From positions 92,572-156,571 of the forward strand of contig CALUNH010000001.1 of NCBI GenBank assembly GCA_944321965.1: 64,000 nt of DNA, read 5' to 3'. The stretch comes from an uncultured Alistipes sp. GTDB taxonomy: Bacteria; Bacteroidota; Bacteroidia; Bacteroidales; Rikenellaceae. Shown one piece after another: positions 8,835 through 18,171 of the stretch; position 1 is the first letter of the stretch; every line of letters starts with the position of its first letter. A model generated the notes under the pieces. The model worked only from the letters and a program-made list of their open reading frames with translations, had not been told where the DNA came from and did no database searches. The translations under genes were made by a program, and so were the position numbers.

Positions 8835-10133
8835 ATGCGGACGATCCTTACAACCATAGCGCTTTTTTCCCTCTGCGGGCTCTGCGCACAGGAGTATGTC
8901 CCCACCTACGGACGCGAACTCCCGCGCGGCGAACTCCTTGCCTACCCCTCGGCCGAAGCCGCCGAAGCCGCCGATGGCGGCAACAACCGCTATTTCACCC
9001 GGCTGGTAGAGTGGAATCTCAACGAAAATGTCTTCTCCACCAACTTCACCGTGCCCTTCGCCTGGGCCAACCGCCAGGTCCTGCTCCACATCGGGCAGTC
9101 CTCCGGGGAGTATGAACTGCGCATCAACGACCGCGAGGCCGCCTACGTCGCCGACGGAAACGCCCCCGCGGAGTTCAACATCACCAAACTGGTCCACGAA
9201 GGGCGCAACACGGTCGAGATCCGGGTCGTGCAACCCTCACCGACCGCCGTGCTCGAAAGCTGGAAGGAGAATCCCGAGCCGATGCTCGGCGGAATCTGGC
9301 TGCAGAGTCAGCCCACGCTGCGCATCCGGGACGTGGTGACCAAAACCCGGATCGGCGAAAACGGAAACGCAACGGCCGAAGTGGCCCTGGTCATCAAGAG
9401 CGAGGCGCTCAATCCCCGGACTTCGCGCATCCACTACCAGTTGCTGAGTCCGACGGGCGAGAATGCCGCCGCAGGGCACAAGGACATCACCCTGGAGATG
9501 CGCGGCGAAGATACGCTGCGTTTCCTGGCCCGCATTCCGGCCAACATGCTGTGGAGTCCCGAACTCCCCACGCAATACACCCTGCTCCTCAAGACGCAGC
9601 ACGAAGGCCGCTATGTGGAATATGAGGAACTGCGCCTCGGATTCCGGGCAGTCGAGGTGCGGGACGAACGGCTGCTGCTGAACGGACAGCCCGCATCGCT
9701 CCGGATCCGGGAGGTCCCGGCCACCATCTCCGAAAACGAAATCGCAGCCCTGCGCGAACAGGGGTACAATACGTTGAAACTGCTGCCGGGTCCAGTCAGC
9801 GAATCATTCCTGAACTCCTGCGACGGACAGGGGCTCTGCGTGATCGTGCAGGCCCCGATCGACACGAGCCGCAGCGGTGATTCCCGGCAGAAGGAGGGCA
9901 ATCCGTCGAACGATCCGGCCTGGTTGCAGGCTTACCTCGAACGCACGGAGAATTCGTACCACACAACCAAACGCCACCCGTCGGTCATCGCCTTCTCGCT
10001 GGCCACGCAATCGGCAAACGGAATCAACCTCTACGAAAGTTATCTGAATATGAAGCGTTTCGGGGATTCGAGGCCCTTCATCTACCCGAATGCAGACGGG
10101 GAATGGAACAGCGACCGGGTCGTCTTCGAATGA
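8835..10133 (+). CDS. Secreted GH2 (beta-galactosidase)-like protein, truncated and probably non-catalytic
   Basis: Signal peptide; PAEFNIT, LWSPELPTQYTL, LGFRAVEV...LLLNG, HPSVIAFSL. The usual SLGNE motif reads SLATQ. Confidence 0.8.
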   Translation: MRTILTTIALFSLCGLCAQEYVPTYGRELPRGELLAYPSAEAAEAADGGNNRYFTRLVEWNLNENVFSTNFTVPFAWANRQVLLHIGQSSGEYELRINDREAAYVADGNAPAEFNITKLVHEGRNTVEIRVVQPSPTAVLESWKENPEPMLGGIWLQSQPTLRIRDVVTKTRIGENGNATAEVALVIKSEALNPRTSRIHYQLLSPTGENAAAGHKDITLEMRGEDTLRFLARIPANMLWSPELPTQYTLLLKTQHEGRYVEYEELRLGFRAVEVRDERLLLNGQPASLRIREVPATISENEIAALREQGYNTLKLLPGPVSESFLNSCDGQGLCVIVQAPIDTSRSGDSRQKEGNPSNDPAWLQAYLERTENSYHTTKRHPSVIAFSLATQSANGINLYESYLNMKRFGDSRPFIYPNADGEWNSDRVVFE

Positions 10134-10205
10134 GATTCGGACCGTGAGAAAAAATAAAAAAAGATATTTTTTTCTGAAAAATTTTGGAATTAATGTTTTT
10201 ATAGT

Positions 10206-10213
10206 TATCTTTG
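10206..10213 (+). promoter_or_regulatory. Bacteroidota sigma-A -7 element of the tRNA promoter
   Basis: TATCTTTG with an upstream TTTG at about 10183-10186, in AT-rich DNA. Confidence 0.75.
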
Positions 10214-10238
10214 CACTCGCAATCGGATAACGATTGAT

Positions 10239-10314
10239 GCCTCTTTAGCTCAGTTGGTAGAGCACGACACTCTTAATGTTGGGGTCCAGGGTTCGAGCCC
10301 CTGAGGGGGTACCA
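10239..10314 (+). tRNA. tRNA-Lys (CTT)
   Basis: 76 nt; D arm TAGCTCAGTTGGTAGAGC, anticodon arm CGACA-CTCTTAA-TGTTG, GGTTCGAG T loop, encoded CCA. Confidence 0.97.
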
Positions 10315-10544
10315 AAGGAGACTTTTCAGATTTTTCTGGAAAGTCTTCTTTTTTTGTCCCTCGTAATTCACTGGTCTGCTGATAAATTAAATCAAGAACC
10401 GCATTCACTAGTGTCCGGAGAAAAATTCTCCGGACACTAGTGTTGATGTTTAATAATTAAAACATTGTCGGAGAATTTTTCTCCGGACACTAGTGAACCT
10501 CAAAGGGTACCAAAAGCGGAAATCGAAAGGTTTCCGCTTTTTTT
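10307..10544. mobile_element. Probable att scar / miniature integrative-element remnant at the tRNA-Lys 3' end
   Basis: GGGTACCAAA at 10307-10316 is repeated at 10505-10514, each copy followed by its own terminator hairpin. The interval is AT-rich with 29-bp perfect inverted repeats. Confidence 0.6.
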
Positions 10545-10645
10545 GTTCTCGGGAAGTCTCCATTCATCTGAAGATTTTCCGCTGCAGAGCCCCCCCGCAG
10601 TTCCAGACATCCGGCCGGAGGCGGTCCTGCGAAAGTGCCTCACAT

Positions 10646-10692
10646 AATAGAGCCGTCCCCGGTCCGGAATCCGGACCGGGGACGGCTCTATT
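10646..10692 (-). terminator. 22-bp perfect hairpin downstream of thrC (probable terminator)
   Basis: AATAGAGCCGTCCCCGGTCCGG-AAT-CCGGACCGGGGACGGCTCTATT. Confidence 0.7.
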
Positions 10693-10730
10693 CAAAACGG
10701 ACTGTCCTCACGCTAATCGGCACGCAACGC

Positions 10731-12023
10731 TCAAACCTGCTCGACAAACGCCTCCAAAGCCGCAAGATCCACGGCCAGCGGGTCCGAATGCTGCGGACGC
10801 TGCGTCAACTTCTCCAGCCGTGCAGGCAGCGGAATCCGCGCCCCCGTTACCGAAGTAATTACCTCCCCGAACTTCGCAGGATGCGCCGTCGAAAGGTAAA
10901 AGCCCGGTTTCCCGACCGCCATCGACGCCGCATATCCCACGGCACTGTGCGGATCCGAGAAATAGCCGGTCCGTTCGTACAACTCGTCGATCGTCCGCCG
11001 GATACTGGCATTGTCACACCGGAAACCCTCCAGTTCAGCCCGCAGCGCCTCCGGGTCCCCGCCGCACAGCCACAGCATCCGTTCGAAATTGCTCGGAGCT
11101 CCCACATCCATCGCACTGGCCGGGGTCTGGATCGACGGCCGCGGACGGTAGACTCCCGTGCGCAGGAACTCCGGAACCACGTCGTTGATGTTCGATGCCG
11201 CCACGAAGCCCCCCACCGGAAGCCCCATTCGCTGCGCCAGCATCCCCGCCGCCAGGTTGCCGAAATTGCCGCTCGGAACAACAATCGTCGGATGGTCGCC
11301 GCCCGTCTCCCGCCGCCAGAGGAAGTAGCCGTAGAAGTAGTAGAATGCCTGGGGAATCCACCGCAGCAGGTTGATCGAATTGGCCGACGTCACCCGGCGG
11401 CGGCGACGGAACGCCTCGTCGGCAAAGAGCTCCTTCACCAGCCGCTGGCAGTCGTCGAACGTCCCGGCTACACGCAGCGGATGGATGTTGCCCCCGAGCG
11501 CCGTCATCTGGCACTCCTGCAGGCGGCTGATCTTCCCCTCGGGGTAGAGAACCACCACGTCGACGCCCGGTACGTTGTAGAATCCGTGCGCCACGGCACT
11601 GCCCGTATCGCCCGACGTGGCCGTGAGGATGACGAGCCGCTCCCCGGCCGCTCCCAGCAGCCCCACGGCCCGGCCCATGAATCCCGCACCGAAATCCTTG
11701 AAGGCGCAGGTCGGGCCGTGGAAGAGTTCCAGCGTGTAGCGGCTCCGCCCTACCCGGCGCAGCGGAACCGGAAAATCATACAGCGACTCCAGTTCGCGGC
11801 GCAGCGCCTGCGGATCCAAATCATCGCCGAAAAAGAGGCCCGCCAGGTAGCTCGCCATGGAGCCGTACGACTCCCCGGCCCGGCGCTCCGCCTCGGAGAG
11901 ATCGGCCTGCGGAATCCGTTCCGGAACAAACAGCCCGCCATCGGGGGCCAGGCCCATCATGGCCGCTTCCCGGAGCGTACAGGCCTGTTTCCGCTCCCGG
12001 TCCCGTGTACTGTAAAAGTTCAT
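10731..12023 (-). CDS. thrC: Threonine synthase
   Basis: GLAPDGGLFVP, LELFHGPTCAFKDFG (PLP Lys), ATSGDTG, SANSIN, VPSGNFGN, TAHPAKF. Confidence 0.96.
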   Translation of the reverse strand: MNFYSTRDRERKQACTLREAAMMGLAPDGGLFVPERIPQADLSEAERRAGESYGSMASYLAGLFFGDDLDPQALRRELESLYDFPVPLRRVGRSRYTLELFHGPTCAFKDFGAGFMGRAVGLLGAAGERLVILTATSGDTGSAVAHGFYNVPGVDVVVLYPEGKISRLQECQMTALGGNIHPLRVAGTFDDCQRLVKELFADEAFRRRRRVTSANSINLLRWIPQAFYYFYGYFLWRRETGGDHPTIVVPSGNFGNLAAGMLAQRMGLPVGGFVAASNINDVVPEFLRTGVYRPRPSIQTPASAMDVGAPSNFERMLWLCGGDPEALRAELEGFRCDNASIRRTIDELYERTGYFSDPHSAVGYAASMAVGKPGFYLSTAHPAKFGEVITSVTGARIPLPARLEKLTQRPQHSDPLAVDLAALEAFVEQV

Positions 12024-12035
12024 GGCTTTGCGTTT

Positions 12036-12965
12036 TTATGATTCGACAACCCGTGCTCCCGCATTCGACACCCGGCCCGCATAGGTATCGCAGGCGATGC
12101 CGCGTTCGGCGAAGTGCGCCTTCATCCGGTCGGCAATCCGGCAGGCAACCGCATAATCCGAAGCCAGGGCGAAGACCGAAGGACCCGATCCGGCGATGTT
12201 CAGCGCCAGGGCCCCTTCGTCCAACGCACTCGCCTTCAAGACGTCGTAGTCGGGAATAAAGCCCTTGCGGTAGGGTTCCACCACGGCATCGTGCATCGAA
12301 CGGCCGATCAGCGCCACGTCGCGCAGGGCGAATCCGGCAACCAGCCCGCCGACATTGCCCCACTGCTTCACGGCACTCGACAGCGGAATTTCGCGCGGAA
12401 GAACCTCGCGGGCCATCTTCGTGCTGACGACGATGGCCGGGTGCGCCACGGCGTAGAAGAAGTTGTCGGGAACCGGCAGCCGCACGATGTCGAAGGGTTC
12501 GTAACCGCGGATCAGCACCACACCGCCCAGCAGCGCCGGGCCGACATTATCGGCGTGGGCCGTGCCGCCCAGCAGCGCCTCGCCCTGCATGGCGAACTCC
12601 ACGAGCCGCTTGCCCGGGAAGGGGCGCCCCAGCAGTTCGTTGATGCCGTAGACGGCCGCAGCCGACGAGGCCGCACTCGACCCGATCCCGCTCCCCGGAA
12701 CGATCTTTTCGAGCAGGCGGATCTCAACCCGCACGGGGCGTCCGTAGGCTTCGAGCATTGCCCGAACGGCCGGCGTGATGACATTGTCGTCGAGCGATTC
12801 GGGCAGATCCACGCCGCTGTCGTTGCGGATCGAAAGCCCTTCGGCATCGGGCTCGACACCCACCTCCAGCAGATCGCCCACTCCGTCGAGGGTCAGGCCC
12901 ATCACATCGAACCCGCATCCCAGATTGGCCACCGTTCCCGGGGCAAAAACCTTGATATGTTTCAT
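12036..12965 (-). CDS. thrB: Homoserine kinase
   Basis: APGTVANLGCGFD, GHMP motif PGSGIGSSAAS, HADNVGP, AGSGPS. Confidence 0.95.
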   Translation of the reverse strand: MKHIKVFAPGTVANLGCGFDVMGLTLDGVGDLLEVGVEPDAEGLSIRNDSGVDLPESLDDNVITPAVRAMLEAYGRPVRVEIRLLEKIVPGSGIGSSAASSAAAVYGINELLGRPFPGKRLVEFAMQGEALLGGTAHADNVGPALLGGVVLIRGYEPFDIVRLPVPDNFFYAVAHPAIVVSTKMAREVLPREIPLSSAVKQWGNVGGLVAGFALRDVALIGRSMHDAVVEPYRKGFIPDYDVLKASALDEGALALNIAGSGPSVFALASDYAVACRIADRMKAHFAERGIACDTYAGRVSNAGARVVES

Positions 12966-13208
12966 GGTGAATTTTCGTTTTTTATGGAACCAATCGTTTA
13001 TTGAAGCTCTCCGGGATGATCCGGGGTCCGAAAATCGGATTCCCGACCGATGTCGAGAACCCAGGTCTCATCTCCCTGTCCTGCGGATACGCCGGACCCG
13101 GAGGATTTCGGTTTCGGATATTGACCGGAGAATTTTGCTGTTACCCTGTTTTCCGCTCCGGCAGCCTGGGCCGGAATAAGCATACGACGATGCGATTCGG
13201 AATATTGA

Positions 13209-13361
13209 CTACTCGACCCCCACAGGGGTGGTGGCAGTGGTAGTGGCGGTAAACGTCGTGGAAGCGATGGTTACGAAGCTGAAGAGAAACCCACAACACG
13301 TCCCGACACCGAAAATTCCGTGTCCTTCACCGTGCGTCGTATGGAGTCTCTGAAGTTTCAT
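13209..13361 (-). CDS. Putative thr operon leader peptide (50 aa)
   Basis: MKLQRLHTTHGEGHGIFGVGTCCGFLFSFVTIASTTFTATTTATTPVGVE: 12 Thr, 9 of them in codons 31-45. Lies directly downstream of a consensus promoter and upstream of thrB. Confidence 0.8.
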   Translation of the reverse strand: MKLQRLHTTHGEGHGIFGVGTCCGFLFSFVTIASTTFTATTTATTPVGVE

Positions 13362-13367
13362 CAAGGA

Positions 13368-13399
13368 CAAATATAAAACAAATATTTTAATAATCCAAA
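13368..13399 (-). promoter_or_regulatory. Sigma-A promoter of the thr leader/operon
   Basis: Minus strand TTTG-N20-TATATTTG, ending 6 nt before the leader ATG. Confidence 0.8.
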
Positions 13400-13678
13400 T
13401 CCCCGGTAACAATTCGTAAGCGCCACAAACCCCTCCGGAGGCGATACCATATATATAGGAGTGACAAACAGCGCTCTACACGGCCCGCTTCCCCCGAAAA
13501 CCGAAAGCCGGAGGCACTCCCGGGACCCCGAATCCGGAAAATCACCGCCCAAAAGACCGGACAGGCCCAAAAAGCAGTTACAAACCGTAACATACAGATT
13601 CATATTCGGGCAATCCGAAAGCAGAATCAAAGAAAATGCTTCCGGATCGTTATGTTATTAAATTTCTTTAGAAAATTA

Positions 13679-13710
13679 TTTGCGCATCCCGAATTAGTTC
13701 CCTATCTTTG
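13679..13710 (+). promoter_or_regulatory. Sigma-A promoter of the ilv operon
   Basis: TTTG (13679-13682)-N20-TATCTTTG (13703-13710). Confidence 0.82.
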
Positions 13711-13735
13711 TTTCCGAACAAAACGAAAAAACGGC

Positions 13736-13816
13736 ATGATCGCCTCGAATCATTCGAATAACGTCGTCATTAACGTGCTGCTCGTGGTCCTTGAAAAGAT
13801 AACGGGAGAAAGGTGA
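13736..13816 (+). CDS. ilv operon leader peptide (26 aa)
   Basis: Translated by hand: MIASNHSNNVVINVLLVVLEKITGER*; codons 10-19 are 9/10 Val/Ile/Leu. Confidence 0.9.
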   Translation: MIASNHSNNVVINVLLVVLEKITGER

Positions 13817-13872
13817 CGTACCTGTTCGATGGCTCAATCAAAACCTTTCTCCCGGCGGAGAAAGGTTTTTTT
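13804..13872 (+). promoter_or_regulatory. Transcription attenuator (antiterminator plus terminator)
   Basis: Terminator AAAACCTTTCTCC-CGGC-GGAGAAAGGTTTTTTT (13840-13872). GGGAGAAAGGT (13804-13814) is the exact complement of ACCTTTCTCCC (13843-13853). Confidence 0.9.
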
Positions 13873-13917
13873 CGATTTTCGAGGCCCTGACGCCCCTCAA
13901 CCATGGAACCGCAAAAG

Positions 13918-15741
13918 ATGAAACACTCGCTCAGAAGCGCCATTACCACCTCGGGACGCCGCATGGCCGGAGCCCGCAGCCTCTGGCGCGCAAACGGTAT
14001 GCGCGAAGAACACTTCGGACGCCCCGTCATCGGCATCGCAAACTCATTCACGCAGCTCGTGCCCGGACACGTCCACCTGCACGAAATCGGACAGCAGGTC
14101 AAACAACGCATCGAAAGCCTCGGATGCTTCGCCGCCGAGTTCAATACCATCGCCATCGACGACGGAATCGCCATGGGACACGACGGGATGCTCTACTCGC
14201 TGCCCTCGCGCGAAATCATCGCCGACAGCGTCGAATACATGGCCAACGCACACATGATCGATGCCCTGGTCTGCATCTCCAACTGCGACAAGATCACGCC
14301 CGGAATGCTGATGGCCGCCATGCGGCTCAACATCCCCACGATCTTCGTCTCCGGAGGCCCGATGGAGGCCGGACGCTTCGGCAACCGACACCTCGACCTG
14401 ATCGACGCCATGGTCATGTCCGCCGACACGAAATACACCGACGAGGAGATCGCCGAAGTCGAACGCTGCGCCTGCCCCGGCTGCGGTTCCTGCTCGGGAA
14501 TGTTCACCGCCAACTCGATGAACTGCCTCACGGAGGCCCTCGGGCTCTCGCTCCCCGGCAACGGCACGATCGTCGCCACACACGCCAACCGCCGCCAGCT
14601 CTTCGAGGACGCCGCAGCCCTCATCGTGCGCAACGCCGAACGATACTACTTCGAGGGGGACGAAAGCGTCCTGCCCCGCTCGATCGCCTCGAAGGCCGCC
14701 TTCGAGAACGCCATGTCGCTCGACATCGCCATGGGCGGCTCGACCAACACCGTCCTGCACCTGCTGGCCGTGGCTCACGAAGCCGGGGTGGACTTCACGA
14801 TGCAGGACATCGACCGACTCTCGCGCCGCGTGCCGGTGCTCTGCAAGGTGGCGCCCAACGCCCCCTACCACATCCAGGACGTCAACCGCGCAGGCGGCAT
14901 CTTCGCCATCCTCGGAGAACTCAACCGCGGCGGGCTGCTCGACACCTCGGTGCACCGCGTCGACGGTCGCTCGCTCGGCGAGGCCATCGCGGCGTGCGAC
15001 ATCCTCAGCCCCACGGCCACGGATGCGGCCCGGCGCCGCTCGCTGAGCGCCCCCGCCGGCCACTACAGCCGCGAACTGGGATCGCAGCACTGCTACTACG
15101 ACACACTCGACACCGACCGCACCCAAGGGTGCATCCGCGATATCGCCCACGCCTACTTCCGCGACGGAGGCCTGGCCGTCCTGACGGGCAACATCGCCCG
15201 CTCGGGCTGCGTCGTGAAGACCGCCGGAGTCGACGAGAAACTCTTCGTCTTCCGCGGTGCCGCCCGCGTCTACGAGTCGCAGGAGCAGGCCATGCACGGC
15301 ATCCTCAACGACGAAGTCCAGCCCGGCGAAGTGGTCGTCATCCGCTACGAGGGCCCGAAGGGCGGCCCAGGAATGCAGGAGATGCTCTACCCGACATCCT
15401 ACCTCAAGTCGAAACACCTCGACAAGGCCTGCGCGCTGATCACCGACGGACGCTTCTCGGGCGGTACGTCGGGACTCTCGATCGGACACGTCTCCCCGGA
15501 AGCCGCTTCGGGCGGCGAGATCGCCGTGGTCCGCACGGGCGACGAGATCGAAATCGACATCCCGAAACGTTCGATCCGCCTGCTGGTCGACGACGCGGAG
15601 ATCGCCGCCCGCATGGCCGCTCAGGAACACTTCCGACCCGCAGCCCGCGACCGCAAGGTCCCCAAATCGCTGCAGGCATACGCCCGGTTAGTCAGCTCGG
15701 CGGACAAGGGCGCCGTGCGAATCCTCGACGACGAGGCGTAA
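13918..15741 (+). CDS. ilvD: Dihydroxy-acid dehydratase
   Basis: [56 protein letters not shown]. Alternative start at 13903. Confidence 0.97.
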   Translation: MKHSLRSAITTSGRRMAGARSLWRANGMREEHFGRPVIGIANSFTQLVPGHVHLHEIGQQVKQRIESLGCFAAEFNTIAIDDGIAMGHDGMLYSLPSREIIADSVEYMANAHMIDALVCISNCDKITPGMLMAAMRLNIPTIFVSGGPMEAGRFGNRHLDLIDAMVMSADTKYTDEEIAEVERCACPGCGSCSGMFTANSMNCLTEALGLSLPGNGTIVATHANRRQLFEDAAALIVRNAERYYFEGDESVLPRSIASKAAFENAMSLDIAMGGSTNTVLHLLAVAHEAGVDFTMQDIDRLSRRVPVLCKVAPNAPYHIQDVNRAGGIFAILGELNRGGLLDTSVHRVDGRSLGEAIAACDILSPTATDAARRRSLSAPAGHYSRELGSQHCYYDTLDTDRTQGCIRDIAHAYFRDGGLAVLTGNIARSGCVVKTAGVDEKLFVFRGAARVYESQEQAMHGILNDEVQPGEVVVIRYEGPKGGPGMQEMLYPTSYLKSKHLDKACALITDGRFSGGTSGLSIGHVSPEAASGGEIAVVRTGDEIEIDIPKRSIRLLVDDAEIAARMAAQEHFRPAARDRKVPKSLQAYARLVSSADKGAVRILDDEA

Positions 15742-15787
15742 TCTTCAGGAAAAAACCGATTCAACCCCGAACAATCCCGATCCTACC

Positions 15788-17515
15788 ATGAATACCTCAT
15801 CTCCCGATGCGCGACAAACGGCCTCCGAGCCCCTGATGACGGGTTCGCAGGCCCTGCTCGAATCGTTTCTGATCGAGGGTGTCGATACCCTCTTCGGCTA
15901 CCCCGGAGGAGCCATTATCCCCGTCTACGATGCACTGTACGACTACCGCGACCGGCTGCGCCACATCCTCGTGCGCCACGAACAGGGAGCCGTACACGCC
16001 GCCCAGGGGTATGCCCGGGTCAGCGGGCGCGTGGGCGTCTGCCTGGTCACTTCGGGCCCAGGCGCCACGAACACCGTCACCGGACTCGCCGACGCCCTGA
16101 TGGACTCCACTCCGCTGGTGCTCGTCACCGGGCAGGTCGGATCCGAACTGCTCGGTACCGACGCCTTCCAGGAGACCAACTTCGTCGGGATCACCCAGGC
16201 CGTCACGAAATGGAACTGCCAGGTCAAACGGGTCGAGGATATTCCGGCAGCCATCGCCAAAGCCTTCTACGTGGCCCGCTCGGGACGCCCCGGACCGGTG
16301 GTCGTCGACATCACGAAGGACGCCCAGTGCGGCGTCGCACCGTTCCGCTACGAGAAACTCGTCTCGATCCGCAGCTACGTGCCCGTTCCGCAGCCCGATC
16401 CGGCCTGCATCGAAGAGGCCGCACGCCTCATCAATGAGGCGCAGCGCCCGTTGGTCATGGCGGGACAGGGGGTTCTCCTCGGGAATGCCGAGGCCGAACT
16501 GCAGGAGTTCCTCGCCAAAAGCGGAATGCCCGTCGCCTCGACCCTGCTGGGACTCTCGGCCGTGCCGACCGATTCGCCGCAGTACGTCGGGATGCTGGGT
16601 ATGCACGGAAACTACGGCCCCAACATCAAAAACCGCGACTGCGACCTGCTCATCGCCATAGGAATGCGCTTCGACGACCGCGTGACGGGCAATCCGGCAC
16701 ACTTCGGCGAAAACGCCAAGGTGATCCATCTGGAGATCGACCCCGCGGAGATCGGAAAGATCATTCAGGCCGATGTCCCCGTGGCGGGCAACGTGCGGGA
16801 GACCCTGCCCCTGCTGACCGCGCGCATCCGCCGCCGCGACCACGGAGACTGGATCGCGGAGTTCCGCGCCTGCGACCGCATCGAACAGGAACGGGTGATC
16901 CAACCCGCCCTCCATCCCGCGGGAGGCCGGATCCGCATGGGCGAGGCCGTGGATACGGTGGCCCGGGCCTACGACAACGACGCCGTGCTGGTCACCGACG
17001 TCGGGCAGCAGCAGATGTTCGCCGCACGCTACTTCGGATTCCGCCGCACGCGGAGCCTCGTCACCTCGGGAGGCCTCGGCACCATGGGGTTCGGGCTCCC
17101 GGCAGCCATCGGCGCCAAACTCGGAGCCCCGGAGCGCAACGTGGTCCTCTTCGTCGGAGACGGCGGCCTGCAGATGACCATTCAGGAACTGGGGACGATC
17201 TTCCAGTCGAAGGTCCCCGTAAAGATCGTGCTGCTGAACAACTCCTTCCTCGGCATGGTCCGCCAGTGGCAGGAACTCTTCTACGACTCCCGCTACTCCT
17301 TCACCGAACTGGTGAACCCCGATTTCGGCCTGATCGCCCGCGCCAACGGTCTCGGATACCGCTGCGTCGAACGCCGCGAGGAGCTCGCCGATGCCGTGGC
17401 CGAAATGAAGGAGTCGCAGGGCGCCTTCCTGCTGGAGGTGCGCGTCGAAAGCGAGGACAACGTCTTCCCGATGGTCCCGGCCGGAGCCCCGGTTGCGGAG
17501 ATCCGTCTCGAATAA
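15788..17515 (+). CDS. ilvB: Acetolactate synthase large subunit
   Basis: FGYPGGA, RHEQGA, TSGPGATN, GTMGFGLPAAIGA, TPP motif GDGG...NN, MVRQWQ. Confidence 0.96.
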   Translation: MNTSSPDARQTASEPLMTGSQALLESFLIEGVDTLFGYPGGAIIPVYDALYDYRDRLRHILVRHEQGAVHAAQGYARVSGRVGVCLVTSGPGATNTVTGLADALMDSTPLVLVTGQVGSELLGTDAFQETNFVGITQAVTKWNCQVKRVEDIPAAIAKAFYVARSGRPGPVVVDITKDAQCGVAPFRYEKLVSIRSYVPVPQPDPACIEEAARLINEAQRPLVMAGQGVLLGNAEAELQEFLAKSGMPVASTLLGLSAVPTDSPQYVGMLGMHGNYGPNIKNRDCDLLIAIGMRFDDRVTGNPAHFGENAKVIHLEIDPAEIGKIIQADVPVAGNVRETLPLLTARIRRRDHGDWIAEFRACDRIEQERVIQPALHPAGGRIRMGEAVDTVARAYDNDAVLVTDVGQQQMFAARYFGFRRTRSLVTSGGLGTMGFGLPAAIGAKLGAPERNVVLFVGDGGLQMTIQELGTIFQSKVPVKIVLLNNSFLGMVRQWQELFYDSRYSFTELVNPDFGLIARANGLGYRCVERREELADAVAEMKESQGAFLLEVRVESEDNVFPMVPAGAPVAEIRLE

Positions 17516-17516
17516 A

Positions 17517-18077
17517 ATGCAGAGCTTGGATATGGAACAGGAATACATCATCACCGTATTTTCGGAGAACAAGGTGGGCCTGCTGAGCCAGATCACCACG
17601 GTTTTCACCTGCCGGAACGTCAACATCGAGAGCCTGACAACCTCGGAATCCGCCCTGAAGGGTATTCACAAATTCACGATCGTCGTGCGAACGACCCCCG
17701 AAACGGTGGCCAAGGTCGTCCGGCAGGTCGAGAAAAAGATCGACGTGCTGAAAACCTTCGTCTACACCCCCGAGGAGGTCGTGCAGCAGGAGATCGCCCT
17801 CTACAAGGTCACGCGCAGCCACAATGTCGAACAACTCGTCCGCAAGCACAACGTCCGTATCCTGGAGATCGACACCGACTACATCGTCGTCGAGAAGACC
17901 GGGCACAAGAGCGAAACCCAGGAGCTGTTCCGCCTGTTGCAGCCCTACGGCGTGCAGCAGTTCGTGCGCAGCGGAACGGTGGCCGTCATCAAGTCGAAAC
18001 GCGAACTGCTGAACGAATACCTCGAAGAGCTGGAGAAGATGCGGAAAAGTCCCGAACAGGTCCGGCAGGAGGCCTGA
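17517..18077 (+). CDS. ilvN: Acetolactate synthase small regulatory subunit
   Basis: ACT domain ENKVGLLSQI...NIESL, C-terminal FVRSG; directly follows ilvB. Confidence 0.93.
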   Translation: MQSLDMEQEYIITVFSENKVGLLSQITTVFTCRNVNIESLTTSESALKGIHKFTIVVRTTPETVAKVVRQVEKKIDVLKTFVYTPEEVVQQEIALYKVTRSHNVEQLVRKHNVRILEIDTDYIVVEKTGHKSETQELFRLLQPYGVQQFVRSGTVAVIKSKRELLNEYLEELEKMRKSPEQVRQEA

Positions 18078-18171
18078 ATCCCGCCCCGGACCACAGATGA
18101 CGGGCCTCGGACAACAAATCCCACCCCCCCGAAACAGACATTTATACAAACAAACCAAAATTCATAAAACT

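Noticed and set aside
12998-13183. 61-aa ORF as a thrA remnant (AAGAENRVTA resembles GAGA.VTA)
   Set aside because: The similarity is too short and the rest has no aspartokinase/HSDH features.
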